Source: Candidatus Nitrospira inopinata (GTDB taxonomy: Bacteria; Nitrospirota; Nitrospiria; Nitrospirales; Nitrospiraceae). Taken from it: a stretch of DNA of 32,000 nucleotides. The stretch is taken from contig NZ_LN885086.1 in assembly GCF_001458695.1 (NCBI RefSeq), forward strand, positions 1,680,001-1,712,000, given 5' to 3'. Shown here piece by piece: positions 9,809-18,452 of this stretch. The notes under the pieces were generated by a model, which was not told the origin of the DNA, did no database searches, and saw nothing but the letters and a program-made list of their open reading frames with translations. The translations under genes were made by a program, and so were the position numbers. The stretch's first letter is position 1. Each line of letters begins with the position of its first letter.

Positions 9809-10240
9809 GTGCGACATAGAAAAAAAGGCCGACAACTCGGAAGGAAGACCAAGCATCGATGGGCGTTGTTTCGCAATCTCGTCACGGCGTTGCTCGATCA
9901 TGAACGGATCGAGACCACCCAGGCAAAAGCCAAGGAGATCAGAGGGTTCGCCGACCGCATGATCTCTTTGGGCAAGGAGGGGACGTTGCCTGCCAGGCGC
10001 CGTGCCCTCGGGTTTCTGCGTAGCAAGACCGTCGTGTCAAAATTGTTCGGCGACGTTGCCGAGCGGTTCAAGGATCGTCCGGGCGGCTACACCAGGATCG
10101 TCAAGACGCGCCGGCGAGTGGGAGATGGGGGGGAGATGGTGGCCATCGAGCTTGTGGCTCGCGCGGAAGCGGCCGCGTCCAAGAAGTCTTCGGACTCACC
10201 GTCTCAATCTTCGACGGGAGGATCGGAAAAGACCGCATAG
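9809..10240 (+). CDS. rplQ: 50S ribosomal protein bL17 (Ser-rich C-terminal tail)
   Basis: MRHRKKGRQLGRKTKHRWALFRNL N-terminus and GGYTRIVK. GTG start. Confidence 0.95.
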   Translation: MRHRKKGRQLGRKTKHRWALFRNLVTALLDHERIETTQAKAKEIRGFADRMISLGKEGTLPARRRALGFLRSKTVVSKLFGDVAERFKDRPGGYTRIVKTRRRVGDGGEMVAIELVARAEAAASKKSSDSPSQSSTGGSEKTA

Positions 10241-10280
10241 CGAGCGTCTTCTCCCGCGGGAAAAGCGAGTCAGCTCCATC

Positions 10281-10323
10281 AACGTCCTCTCCGGATTTGA
10301 GCCGGAGAGGACGTTTTTGTTTG
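10281..10323 (+). terminator. Intrinsic terminator of the alpha operon
   Basis: Perfect 13-bp stem ACGTCCTCTCCGG (10282-10294) / CCGGAGAGGACGT (10302-10314) with a 7-nt loop, followed by TTTTTGTTTG. Confidence 0.85.
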
Positions 10324-10338
10324 TCATCGCGCAGGACG

Positions 10339-10367
10339 TTTACTTGCTTTCCCGTGCATGCTACGAT
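10339..10367 (+). promoter_or_regulatory. Candidate sigma-70-type promoter for the lptC operon
   Basis: TTTACT (10339-10344), 17-nt spacer, TACGAT (10362-10367). It lies just after the terminator and about 40 nt upstream of the lptC ATG. Motif match only. Confidence 0.3.
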
Positions 10368-10408
10368 CGTGCCAAGCTCGTCGTCTCTTTGTTTGGTGGG
10401 ATTCACGG

Positions 10409-10984
10409 ATGTGGCAGCGAATCATGAGAAGGGTGTTGCTGGCCGTCAGCGGGGCCCTGTCGGTTTTTCTCGTCTATGTTCTTGCCATGAACGCAGAGTC
10501 GGTTCCTCCGCCCGATCAAAAGACGACGATGAATGCGATGGAGCGCGCGGATGCGGCAATTTCCGAGTTCGTGTTTACGCAGTCGAACAAAGACGATGTG
10601 GAATGGAAAATTTCGGCCAAACAGGCGCGGTTGTTCGAGCAAGAGAAGCAAGCGCTATTGAACGACGTCGACGTCACGCTGTACGGGGAAAACGGCAGGG
10701 AGCTCACTGTGTCGGGAGAAGAAGGCACATTTCATATCGCGACGAAAAGTTTTTCTTTGTCGAACAAAGCAGTTCCCCTTGTCGTCGAGACGAGAGGGGG
10801 ATATACGATCTACACCAATCATTTGGCATGGGCCAACGACAGAAAGGAAGTCTCCACGCGCGATGCCGTTCGCATTGTGGGACATGGGATCGAGGTGACC
10901 GGGCGCGGGTTTCTCGGACGGTTGGATGCGGAAGAGTTTGAGGTATTGGACGATGTACGTGTCGCTCTTACTCCTGCTTCTTAG
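10409..10984 (+). CDS. lptC: LPS export system protein LptC-like (N-terminal membrane anchor)
   Basis: N-terminal TM segment (RRVLLAVSGALSVFLVYVLAM) followed by a beta-jellyroll-like body. Position immediately upstream of lptA-lptB. The family call rests mostly on synteny. Start is ATG 10409 or 10424. Confidence 0.7.
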   Translation: MWQRIMRRVLLAVSGALSVFLVYVLAMNAESVPPPDQKTTMNAMERADAAISEFVFTQSNKDDVEWKISAKQARLFEQEKQALLNDVDVTLYGENGRELTVSGEEGTFHIATKSFSLSNKAVPLVVETRGGYTIYTNHLAWANDRKEVSTRDAVRIVGHGIEVTGRGFLGRLDAEEFEVLDDVRVALTPAS

Positions 10985-11522
10985 CGCAATGGCGGTCGGG
11001 GCGCCAGACGGCGCTTGTGCCGCCGAGTCCCGATTTTCAAAACCTCCTGATGATGCGCAAGCGGTGCCCACCACGATCACTTCGAATAAAATGACGGTCC
11101 GCAACCGGGAGAACCAGGCCATCTTCGAAGGCAACGTCGTGCTGACGAGAGGGGGGCTTGTCGTCAACTCGGAAAAAATGATCGTGTTTTTTCAAGGACA
11201 GACCAGCGATGCCGCCGGATCGCCCGGCGGGGAGACGCCGAAAAAATCCGAGACGTTGGCGTCGCCGTCGGGGCGTTCGCTCGAAAGAGTGGAGGCCATC
11301 GGGCACGTCAAAATCAGGCAGGAGAACAGCCATGCGACTTGCCAGAAGGCCGTCTATTTCAGCGCCGAAGAAAAGATCGTCATGACCGGCGACCCGGTGG
11401 CCTGGGAGAAGGGCACGCGCGTCAGCGGCCGCCAAATCACCATCTATTTGGCCGAAGAGCGAAGCGTCGTCGAGGGTGGCTCTCACGTTCACATTGAGGA
11501 AGCGGAACGGCTCAAACCATGA
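10926..11522 (+). CDS. lptA: Periplasmic LPS transport protein LptA/OstA-like
   Basis: Signal peptide MRKSLRYWTMYVSLLLLLLSAMAVGAPDGACA, then OstA-like repeats (ITSNKMTV...AIFEGNVVLTRGGLVVNSEKM..., GHVKIRQENSHATCQKAVY). An alternative start is ATG 10953. Overlaps the lptC 3' end. Confidence 0.8.
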   Translation: MRKSLRYWTMYVSLLLLLLSAMAVGAPDGACAAESRFSKPPDDAQAVPTTITSNKMTVRNRENQAIFEGNVVLTRGGLVVNSEKMIVFFQGQTSDAAGSPGGETPKKSETLASPSGRSLERVEAIGHVKIRQENSHATCQKAVYFSAEEKIVMTGDPVAWEKGTRVSGRQITIYLAEERSVVEGGSHVHIEEAERLKP

Positions 11523-12325
11523 CTCAAGCCATTCACGCGGTCATAGAGCCGGAGGTCGCTTCTGCTGAGGAAACGCGGGCGCCGCGACTGCGCGCCGCCG
11601 GTCTGGTCAAAAGTTTTCGGGGCAGGAAAGTGGTCAAGGGCGTCGTCGTCGAGGTCCGTGCGGGAGAAGTCGTGGGACTGCTGGGCCCCAACGGCGCCGG
11701 GAAGACCACCATCTTCGATATGATGGTGGGGCTTTGCCAGCCGGATGAAGGCGAGATCACGTTGAATGGAGAGTCCATCACGGCGCTGCCGATGCATAAG
11801 CGGGCCAGAAAAGGAATCGGCTACTTGCCGCAAGAATCATCGGTATTTCGCAGGCTGTCCGTGGAGCAGAATGTTCTCGCGATCGTCGAGATGCTGGGAT
11901 ATCCTCGTCAGGAACGCGCCCGGCTCGTCGACGCGCTTTTGAAGGAGCTTGATCTCTCGCACCTTCGGAAAAGCATGGCCTATGCCCTTTCCGGCGGAGA
12001 GCGTCGGCGTCTGGAAATCACGCGAGCGTTGGCCATGTCGCCTTCGTTCATGTTGTTGGATGAGCCGTTTGCGGGCATCGATCCCATCGCCGTCGGGGAT
12101 ATCCAGCAGATCATCAAACGATTGAGAAGCAAAGGAATCGGTATTTTGATTACCGATCATAATGTGCAGGAGACTCTGTCGATCGTCGACCGCGCCTACA
12201 TTATCAACGAAGGGCTGATTTTGGAGTCCGGAGCTCCGGAGGACATCGTCAAAAGTGAAATCGCCAGGACCGTCTATCTGGGAGAACGGTTCACGTTGGA
12301 ACAGGGCAGGAGTCAGCCGCTATGA
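11519..12325 (+). CDS. lptB: LPS export ABC transporter ATPase LptB (about 22 aa N-terminal extension)
   Basis: Walker A GPNGAGKTT, the LptB-typical GIGYLPQE, signature LSGGERRRLEI, Walker B MLLDEPFAGIDP and H-loop ITDHNV. Confidence 0.93.
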   Translation: MTQAIHAVIEPEVASAEETRAPRLRAAGLVKSFRGRKVVKGVVVEVRAGEVVGLLGPNGAGKTTIFDMMVGLCQPDEGEITLNGESITALPMHKRARKGIGYLPQESSVFRRLSVEQNVLAIVEMLGYPRQERARLVDALLKELDLSHLRKSMAYALSGGERRRLEITRALAMSPSFMLLDEPFAGIDPIAVGDIQQIIKRLRSKGIGILITDHNVQETLSIVDRAYIINEGLILESGAPEDIVKSEIARTVYLGERFTLEQGRSQPL

Positions 12326-13827
12326 AACTTCGCCTGGACTTGAAGCTGAGCCAAAAATTGATCATGACGCCGCAGTTGCAGCAGGCGATCAAGCTTCTGC
12401 AACTGTCGCGGTTGGAACTGCAACAGAGTTTGGCCCAGCATCTTTTGGAAAACCCCCTGTTGGAAGACCTTCAAATCGACGCGGAAGAGGGGGAAACGGC
12501 CGCGGCGGACGAAAAGATCGATGAACCGGCGAGCAGCCGGGATCAGGGGCCCGATGAAGCGGAAACGCCCGAAGAGCAGGAAGCGCCGGAAGGGTTTTCC
12601 GCGTCCGGATGGGAAGAGTATTTTGGGAGCGACCATCGCTCCGGTCGCTCGCGACAATCCGTCTCGTCACAAGACGACTTCCCCTCCTACGAGCAAACCG
12701 TCGCCAAGGCGACGTCGCTTGAAGAGCATCTCCTCTGGCAGTTGTCGCTGTCCGGATTGTCGGAGCGACAGAAGCAACTGGGGCGATTGATCATCGGCAA
12801 TCTCGATGATGACGGCTATCTTCGCATGCCGATGGCCGAGGTGGTGGCCGGAACGGATTTCTCTGAAGAGGAAGCGGAGTCCGTGCTCAAAGACATTCAA
12901 ACGTTCGATCCGACGGGAGTCGGCGCCAGAAATCTGCCCGAGTGTCTGTTGCTTCAACTCGGGCATTTGGGGCGAAATCCCATGGGGTCGCTGGGTGCGA
13001 GGCCCGGAGCCCTCAAAGGGTCGGTCGTTGAAGCCGTCATTCTTCATCATTTGAAAGATCTCGAGAAAAAGCAGTATGCCAAAATCGCCAAGGCTCTGAA
13101 CGTCACGCTCGACGAAGTATTTCAAGCGACCAAGATCATCGAAAACCTCGAGCCAAAACCGGGCCGGCCGTTCGTCAACACCCAGAACTATGTGATCGTT
13201 CCGGATGTGTTCGTCGTCAAAGACGAAGGAGAGTGGGTCGTCTTGCTGAACGACGACGGAATGCCAAAAATGAGGATCAATCCCTATTACAAACAGTTGA
13301 TGGGGACGGGGCGGGAAAGCGCTCCTGAAACAAAAGCGTACATGGACGAGAAGTTGCGCGCCGCGCAGTGGGTCATTCGAAGCATCGAGCAGCGCAACAA
13401 GACGATCGTCAAGGTCGTGTCGAGCATCGTGAAATTTCAGGAGCCGTTTTTCGAGCACGGAGTGCAGTATTTGAAACCGTTGGTGCTCAAGCAAGTCGCC
13501 GAAGACGTCGGGATGCACGAGTCCACGATCAGCCGTGTCACGGCCAACAAGTATTTGTATTGCCCGCAAGGCATGCTCGAGCTCAAGTTCTTTTTCAACG
13601 CGGGGCTTCAGCGAGCCGATCGGCCGTCCGACATGCATTCTTCCGTGTCGGTTCGCCAGATGATCAAACAGATGGTGGCCGAAGAGGACGCGAGACGGCC
13701 GTTGAAAGACGAAGAGATCGCCGCCCGGCTTCGCGCTCAACAGATCTTGATTGCCAGACGGACCGTCGCCAAATATCGGGCGGAGGAACATATTCCGTCC
13801 GCCAGCCAGCGGAAACGTTTCTTTTGA
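12322..13827 (+). CDS. rpoN: RNA polymerase sigma-54 factor
   Basis: Region I LKLSQKLIMTPQLQQAIKLLQLSRLEL, an acidic region II, the HTH, and the RpoN box ARRTVAKYR near the C-terminus. Confidence 0.96.
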   Translation: MKLRLDLKLSQKLIMTPQLQQAIKLLQLSRLELQQSLAQHLLENPLLEDLQIDAEEGETAAADEKIDEPASSRDQGPDEAETPEEQEAPEGFSASGWEEYFGSDHRSGRSRQSVSSQDDFPSYEQTVAKATSLEEHLLWQLSLSGLSERQKQLGRLIIGNLDDDGYLRMPMAEVVAGTDFSEEEAESVLKDIQTFDPTGVGARNLPECLLLQLGHLGRNPMGSLGARPGALKGSVVEAVILHHLKDLEKKQYAKIAKALNVTLDEVFQATKIIENLEPKPGRPFVNTQNYVIVPDVFVVKDEGEWVVLLNDDGMPKMRINPYYKQLMGTGRESAPETKAYMDEKLRAAQWVIRSIEQRNKTIVKVVSSIVKFQEPFFEHGVQYLKPLVLKQVAEDVGMHESTISRVTANKYLYCPQGMLELKFFFNAGLQRADRPSDMHSSVSVRQMIKQMVAEEDARRPLKDEEIAARLRAQQILIARRTVAKYRAEEHIPSASQRKRFF

Positions 13828-13859
13828 GGGGAATGTATCGGAGAGCACTGGAGGCACGC

Positions 13860-14192
13860 ATGACAATCAGAATTACAGGCCGACATCTCGACATCACTCC
13901 GGCGTTGCGGGAATACGTGCAAACACGGTTTCAGCGATTGGACCGCTACGACCTCAAAGTGGGGTCTCTTCAGGTCGTGTTGGGGGTTGAGAAGCTTCGG
14001 CACACGGCGGAAGTCGTCGGAACGGTGAACGGCAAGCCCTTGCAAGCGAAGACGTCGACCCGAGAGATGTACGCATCGATCGATGAGTTGATTGATCGGG
14101 TGGACGCCCAGTTCAGAAAGTGGAAGGGCCGACTCGCCGACCACAAACCTGAAAGGGTCAGCAAGTCCCGCAGGCGAGTCGGAACCGCCTGA
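13860..14192 (+). CDS. hpf: Ribosome hibernation promoting factor, short form (sigma-54 modulation protein family)
   Basis: MTIRITGRHLDITPALREYV...LQVVLGVEKLRHTAE pattern. 110 aa with no long C-terminal dimerisation domain. ATG 13860 is preceded by GGAGG. Confidence 0.9.
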   Translation: MTIRITGRHLDITPALREYVQTRFQRLDRYDLKVGSLQVVLGVEKLRHTAEVVGTVNGKPLQAKTSTREMYASIDELIDRVDAQFRKWKGRLADHKPERVSKSRRRVGTA

Positions 14193-14318
14193 GATACCGG
14201 AACTCCCAGAAGACGCGAGGGGAGCTCCCGTTTTCGGTTGTGGCGGCCATTCATCACTCTACGCGAATGGGGAAAATCCGTGTCCAATTCCTTACCCGCT
14301 TGGGAATAAAGGGGGGAC

Positions 14319-15194
14319 GTGGCAGGTCTCAACGTTATCGTGATCAGCGGGTTATCGGGCTCCGGTAAGTCTCTCGCGCTCAAATCGCTCGAGGATGCCG
14401 GTTATTTCTGCATCGACAATCTCCCCCCCGCTTTGTTACCGACGTTCGTCGAACTGTGCAGCCAGCAGAAAGAAGCCATTACCAACGTGGCATTGGGGAT
14501 CGATATTCGAGAGCGGAGCTTTTTGTCCGATCTGACCGGCATACTGGAGCAAATCAAGGGACTCGGCCACTCCGTACAACTGCTGTTTTTCGAAGCGCGC
14601 GAAGAAGTGTTGGTGAGGCGATTTTCCGAGTCTCGGCGGCCGCATCCTTTGCTGCCCCACGCACCCGTCATGGAGGGAGTTCGATTTGAAAAAGAGCGGC
14701 TTGCGGAACTTCGCCGATGTGCCGACCGCGTCATCGACACCTCTGATCTTACGGCGCATGAGCTCCGCGGCCTGCTCGCCAAGCAATTTCGATTGGAGCC
14801 CGCAGGAACCAAGCTCATCATTTCCCTCCTGACGTTCGGATACAAATTCGGAGTGCCGTACGACGTCGACTTGCTGTTCGACGTGCGATTCCTGAAAAAC
14901 CCCTACTTCGTGCCCGAATTGAAACCATTGGCGGGCGATGATCCACGGGTCAAGGCTTTCGTCCTCTCCGACCCCAACGCGCGGTCTCTTCTGGATCGGC
15001 TCGAAGGGCTGTTGCAATTTCTGATTCCGTGCTTTGAACGGGAACCCCGCAGCTATCTGACCATCGCCATCGGTTGTACGGGCGGGCGCCATCGCTCCGT
15101 CGCCATCGCCGGGTCTCTGCAGGACAGTCTTTCCGCGATGGGCTACGATGTGGCCGTGACGCATCGCGACATGCACAAGGCCGAGCGCCCTTAG
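14319..15194 (+). CDS. rapZ: RNase adapter / nucleotide-binding protein RapZ (YhbJ family)
   Basis: VIVISGLSGSGKSLALKSLEDAGYFCIDNLP N-terminus and the C-terminal IAIGCTGGRHRSVA motif. GTG start. Confidence 0.93.
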   Translation: MAGLNVIVISGLSGSGKSLALKSLEDAGYFCIDNLPPALLPTFVELCSQQKEAITNVALGIDIRERSFLSDLTGILEQIKGLGHSVQLLFFEAREEVLVRRFSESRRPHPLLPHAPVMEGVRFEKERLAELRRCADRVIDTSDLTAHELRGLLAKQFRLEPAGTKLIISLLTFGYKFGVPYDVDLLFDVRFLKNPYFVPELKPLAGDDPRVKAFVLSDPNARSLLDRLEGLLQFLIPCFEREPRSYLTIAIGCTGGRHRSVAIAGSLQDSLSAMGYDVAVTHRDMHKAERP

Positions 15195-15255
15195 CGACGA
15201 ATCACGTTTCAAGCGTTCCTCACTCCGTTCCATCGATCTCGTTTTAGCGGTTTTC

Positions 15256-15283
15256 TTGACAGGTAGAGGCCAGGGACTATACT
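15256..15283 (+). promoter_or_regulatory. Candidate sigma-70 promoter upstream of pilM
   Basis: Consensus TTGACA (15256-15261), 16-nt spacer, TATACT (15278-15283). It implies a 5' UTR of about 170 nt. Motif match only. Confidence 0.4.
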
Positions 15284-15458
15284 TGCCACTGTGCGTCTGC
15301 GTGCGGAATTCATCGAACAAGCGAGATGGAAGCCGAATTCCGATGCAGCTCGCACTGAACGAGCGTGAGGGCGTAGTACAAAAGGCACGATCCTCCCGAC
15401 AAGGCCAGACGAAACAAAAACGTGATCGGCGCACGAAAGAAAATCACACGGAGCAGCG

Positions 15459-16598
15459 ATGGGACCCATGTCGTTATCCCTGACGGGGGTTTTTAAGTCA
15501 GGGGCGTTCAAGCGCCTGTTTGAAACAGATCTCGTGTCGATGTTGACCCCCCGTCGGCAGTTGGTGGGGCTTGATATCGGATCCAGCGCCATCAAGCTGG
15601 TTCAGTTGAAGGAAAGCAAGGGGCGCTACAGTCTGCAAAAGTTCGGCGTCAAACTCCTCGATCCGGAAATGATCGTCGATGGGACCGTGATGGACGAAGA
15701 GCGCGTCGTCTCGTCGATCCGAGAGCTGATCGAAGAAACAGGGGTCAAGAACAAGCAGGTCGCCATTTCGATATCAGGACACGCCGTGATCGTCAAAAAG
15801 ATCAATCTTCCTCCCATGCCGGACGAAGAACTGCCCGGACAGGTGAAATTGGCTGCCGAACAGTACATCCCGTTCGACATCAACGAAGTCAATATCGACT
15901 TTCATGTTCTGCCTCCCGATTCGCCGCCCGACGAGCAGGGAGACATGGCGGTGATTCTCGTTGCGGCAAAAAAAGACAAAATCAACGAATTGACCGAGCT
16001 TGTGAAGGCGGCAGGTCTCGTTCCCATGGTAATGGACGTCGACGCGTTTGCCATCGAGAACATGCACGCCGTGAGTTATCCGATGGGGCAAGACGAGGTG
16101 ACGGCGCTCGTCAACATCGGAGCGAGCGTAATGAACGTCAACATCGTCCGGCGGGGGTCCTCTTTGTTTACGCGGGATGTTCCCTTGGGAGGAAACCGTT
16201 ATACGGAATCGATTCAACGCGAAATGGGCATGTCGCACGAAGAAGCCGAAGAGGCCAAGAGACAGGAGCGGGCAAACGGATCGTGGCAGGGGCCGCTCGG
16301 TCAAGTCATGGACGGCGTCAACGCCGAAGTCGCTGCCGAAGTGGCGAGAACGGTGGATTATTTTCGGACGTCGTCCGCAACCGCCGAGCTCGATCGGGTG
16401 CTCGTGTGCGGAGGGGTGGCAAAGGCCAGGGGATTGGTCCAGCATCTTGCCGATCGGATGCAGGTGCCGGTCGAAGTGGCCGATCCATTCGGCGAAATTG
16501 ACGTGACGAGGAGCGAGATCGATCCGGACATGCTGGCGGAATTCGGGCCGTCGGCGGCGGTGGGCGTTGGATTGGCGTTAAGAACGGTGGGAGACTGA
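15459..16598 (+). CDS. pilM: Type IV pilus assembly protein PilM (actin-like ATPase fold)
   Basis: LVGLDIGSSAIKLVQL start of the actin-like fold. Followed by pilNOPQ. GGAG lies 5 nt upstream of ATG 15459. Confidence 0.9.
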   Translation: MGPMSLSLTGVFKSGAFKRLFETDLVSMLTPRRQLVGLDIGSSAIKLVQLKESKGRYSLQKFGVKLLDPEMIVDGTVMDEERVVSSIRELIEETGVKNKQVAISISGHAVIVKKINLPPMPDEELPGQVKLAAEQYIPFDINEVNIDFHVLPPDSPPDEQGDMAVILVAAKKDKINELTELVKAAGLVPMVMDVDAFAIENMHAVSYPMGQDEVTALVNIGASVMNVNIVRRGSSLFTRDVPLGGNRYTESIQREMGMSHEEAEEAKRQERANGSWQGPLGQVMDGVNAEVAAEVARTVDYFRTSSATAELDRVLVCGGVAKARGLVQHLADRMQVPVEVADPFGEIDVTRSEIDPDMLAEFGPSAAVGVGLALRTVGD

Positions 16599-17152
16599 TG
16601 ATCAAGATCAACCTGCTCGCGCCCGAGCCGAAAGGCGCCAAGGCCAAACCGAAATACGACGTGCGGGCCCAGGCGCTGCTCGGCGTCGGTACGTTGGTGA
16701 TCACCCTCGCCGGCTGCTGGTGGTATTCGACCACGCTCGATCAAGAGATCGAAGCCTTGACGGAGGAGAAGCAGAATAAGGACAAGCAGGTCGCGCAATT
16801 AAAGGAGCAAGTCAAACAAGTTCAAGATTTCGAGCAGAAAAAGAAATTGCTCGAAGAAAAAAACCGAGTCATCGATCAGCTTGAACAGACAAGAGGCGGG
16901 CCGGTGAAGGTGCTCGATCATGTCAGTCGGAGCATCGAGCCTCTGAAGATTTGGCTTACCAAATTGGGCGTATCGGCCGAGACGGTAGAGCTGGAAGGAA
17001 AAGCGCTTACAAACGACGACGTCGTGGAATTTGCAAACAATCTCCGGCGGACGGATTATTTTACCGGCATCAATCTTCAGGAAAGCAAAGCGGCGACCGA
17101 CAATAAGATCAACGTGTATCAGTTTCGGTTGACGTTCCGCCTCAAGGGATGA
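16598..17152 (+). CDS. pilN: Type IV pilus assembly protein PilN
   Basis: MIKINLL N-terminus, a single TM segment, a coiled coil and then a ferredoxin-like C-terminus. TGATG overlap with pilM. Confidence 0.88.
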   Translation: MIKINLLAPEPKGAKAKPKYDVRAQALLGVGTLVITLAGCWWYSTTLDQEIEALTEEKQNKDKQVAQLKEQVKQVQDFEQKKKLLEEKNRVIDQLEQTRGGPVKVLDHVSRSIEPLKIWLTKLGVSAETVELEGKALTNDDVVEFANNLRRTDYFTGINLQESKAATDNKINVYQFRLTFRLKG

Positions 17153-17159
17153 ATTGAGC

Positions 17160-17807
17160 ATGGATTTGCCGTCGATCAATCTTGGCTCGTTACGCAACGT
17201 TCCGGCCACGCAGAAGGCCGCGCTGTTGTTTCTCCTCGTCGGGGGCGTCGTCGCGGGCTTTTACTTCTACATTGCCGAGCCCAAGTCCGAGAACATCGCC
17301 GCGTTGCAGGCCGAGAACGGAAGGCTGGACGCCGAAATTCAAACGCTCACGATTAAGGTCAAGCACCTCGATGAATTGATGGCCGCGAGCAAGCAACTGG
17401 AAATAGAGCTCGCCAAAAAGAAGGAACGCCTCCCGCCCGAAGAAGAGGCCATCATGCTGCTCAAGCAAGTGTCCGATCTCGGAGTACGGCTGGGGCTCGA
17501 CATTCGATTGTGGAAACCGGGGGCTCCGTCGGAAGACGCCTCGAAGCTCTTTGTGAGAATGCCCGTGAGCGTGGAAGTGGCGGGCGCGTATCACACGGCC
17601 GCGCTGTTTTTCGATCGTATCAACAGACTGCCGCGCATTGTGACGGTGTCCGGGCTCAAGATGGGATCGCCGAAAGTCGAGGTCGGACGGGTCGTGTCCC
17701 AGACGACTTTTGAGTTGGTGGCTTACGCGGCGCCGCAGGAGAAACCGTTGGTCGCGGCGGCGGCTTCGACGACGAAGCCTGGGCAGCCGGCTCAAGTCAG
17801 CCGATAG
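17160..17807 (+). CDS. pilO: Type IV pilus assembly protein PilO
   Basis: TM segment (AALLFLLVGGVVAGFYFY), a coiled coil and the PilO-like C-terminus (MPVSVEVAGAYHTAALFFDRINRLPRIV). Start is TTG 17154 or ATG 17160. Confidence 0.85.
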   Translation: MDLPSINLGSLRNVPATQKAALLFLLVGGVVAGFYFYIAEPKSENIAALQAENGRLDAEIQTLTIKVKHLDELMAASKQLEIELAKKKERLPPEEEAIMLLKQVSDLGVRLGLDIRLWKPGAPSEDASKLFVRMPVSVEVAGAYHTAALFFDRINRLPRIVTVSGLKMGSPKVEVGRVVSQTTFELVAYAAPQEKPLVAAAASTTKPGQPAQVSR

Positions 17808-17822
17808 GAGAGTCTCGGGGTC

Positions 17823-18452
17823 ATGGAAAGATCCGACGGACGAGTCGAGCGGAAGCAACGATTTTTCACGGCCGCTGCGGCGGGTTTCTTGAGCCTGGCG
17901 ATCGTGGCCCTCGAAAAACCTCTTTCCACGCAAGCGGAGCCTCTCCTTGCTCAAATGGGGCCTATGAGACAAGAGTCGATCCCGCTTGGTCATAAAATGA
18001 CTTCCGCTTCGGAATCGCCGGTACAGGCCGGCGAATCAGGGGAGGGAGCCGGAGCGGAGCAACGGGCGACCGCTGAATCTCGATTCGATGAGGGGGTTGT
18101 CAGCATCGGTTACGATCCTGCGGGACGACGTGATCCATTTGCGCCGGTCATCCAGGATTTACAGCCGGGAAGGCTCGATGAAAATCTTCCGCCTTTGCAG
18201 CGGGTGGGCCTGACGGAACTGAATCTCATCGCAATCGTGTGGGGAACCCATGGGTATACGGCCATGGTTCAGACGCCGGAGGGACATGGGTATTCCATCC
18301 GGCGCGGGACGCGCATCGGGCAAAACAACGGGGTGGTGAGCGCGATCACCGAGCGAGGGATCATCGTCCAGGAGCGGTTCACCGACGTGTACGGTAGAAA
18401 GCAGGAGCGGGAGTTCGTGAAGCTCCTTCACCCGAAAGAAGGTTCAGAATGA
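17823..18452 (+). CDS. pilP: Type IV pilus assembly protein PilP-like (no lipobox cysteine)
   Basis: RRDPFAPV motif and a C-terminal beta-sandwich-like region (YTAMVQTPEGHGYSIRRGTRIG). Position between pilO and pilQ. Confidence 0.78.
   Translation: MERSDGRVERKQRFFTAAAAGFLSLAIVALEKPLSTQAEPLLAQMGPMRQESIPLGHKMTSASESPVQAGESGEGAGAEQRATAESRFDEGVVSIGYDPAGRRDPFAPVIQDLQPGRLDENLPPLQRVGLTELNLIAIVWGTHGYTAMVQTPEGHGYSIRRGTRIGQNNGVVSAITERGIIVQERFTDVYGRKQEREFVKLLHPKEGSE

Noticed and set aside
10297-10941. 214-aa + strand ORF in an alternative frame over lptC
   Set aside because: Its sequence is Arg/Cys/Gly-rich and it overlaps the LptC frame, which has a TM anchor and fits the lptCAB synteny.
13368-13859. 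Long open frame upstream of hpf, giving a 274-aa ORF that overlaps the rpoN 3' end
   Set aside because: The first 164 codons are Arg-rich nonsense overlapping rpoN. The HPF homology begins exactly at ATG 13860, which has its own GGAGG.
12667-13866. 399-aa ORF antisense to rpoN
   Set aside because: It is a shadow of the sigma-54 gene. It has no motifs and an Arg/His/Asp-rich composition, and rpoN on the + strand is certain.
14193-14318. GGGAGCTCCC palindrome followed by GTTTT between hpf and rapZ as a possible terminator
   Set aside because: A 10-nt palindrome cannot form a hairpin with a viable loop (at most a 3-bp stem). That is too weak to call a terminator.
15256-15483. 75-aa highly basic ORF in the pilM leader
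   Set aside because: It has no SD, runs into the pilM start, and its composition (Arg/Lys/Gln runs) reflects the A-rich leader rather than a protein.
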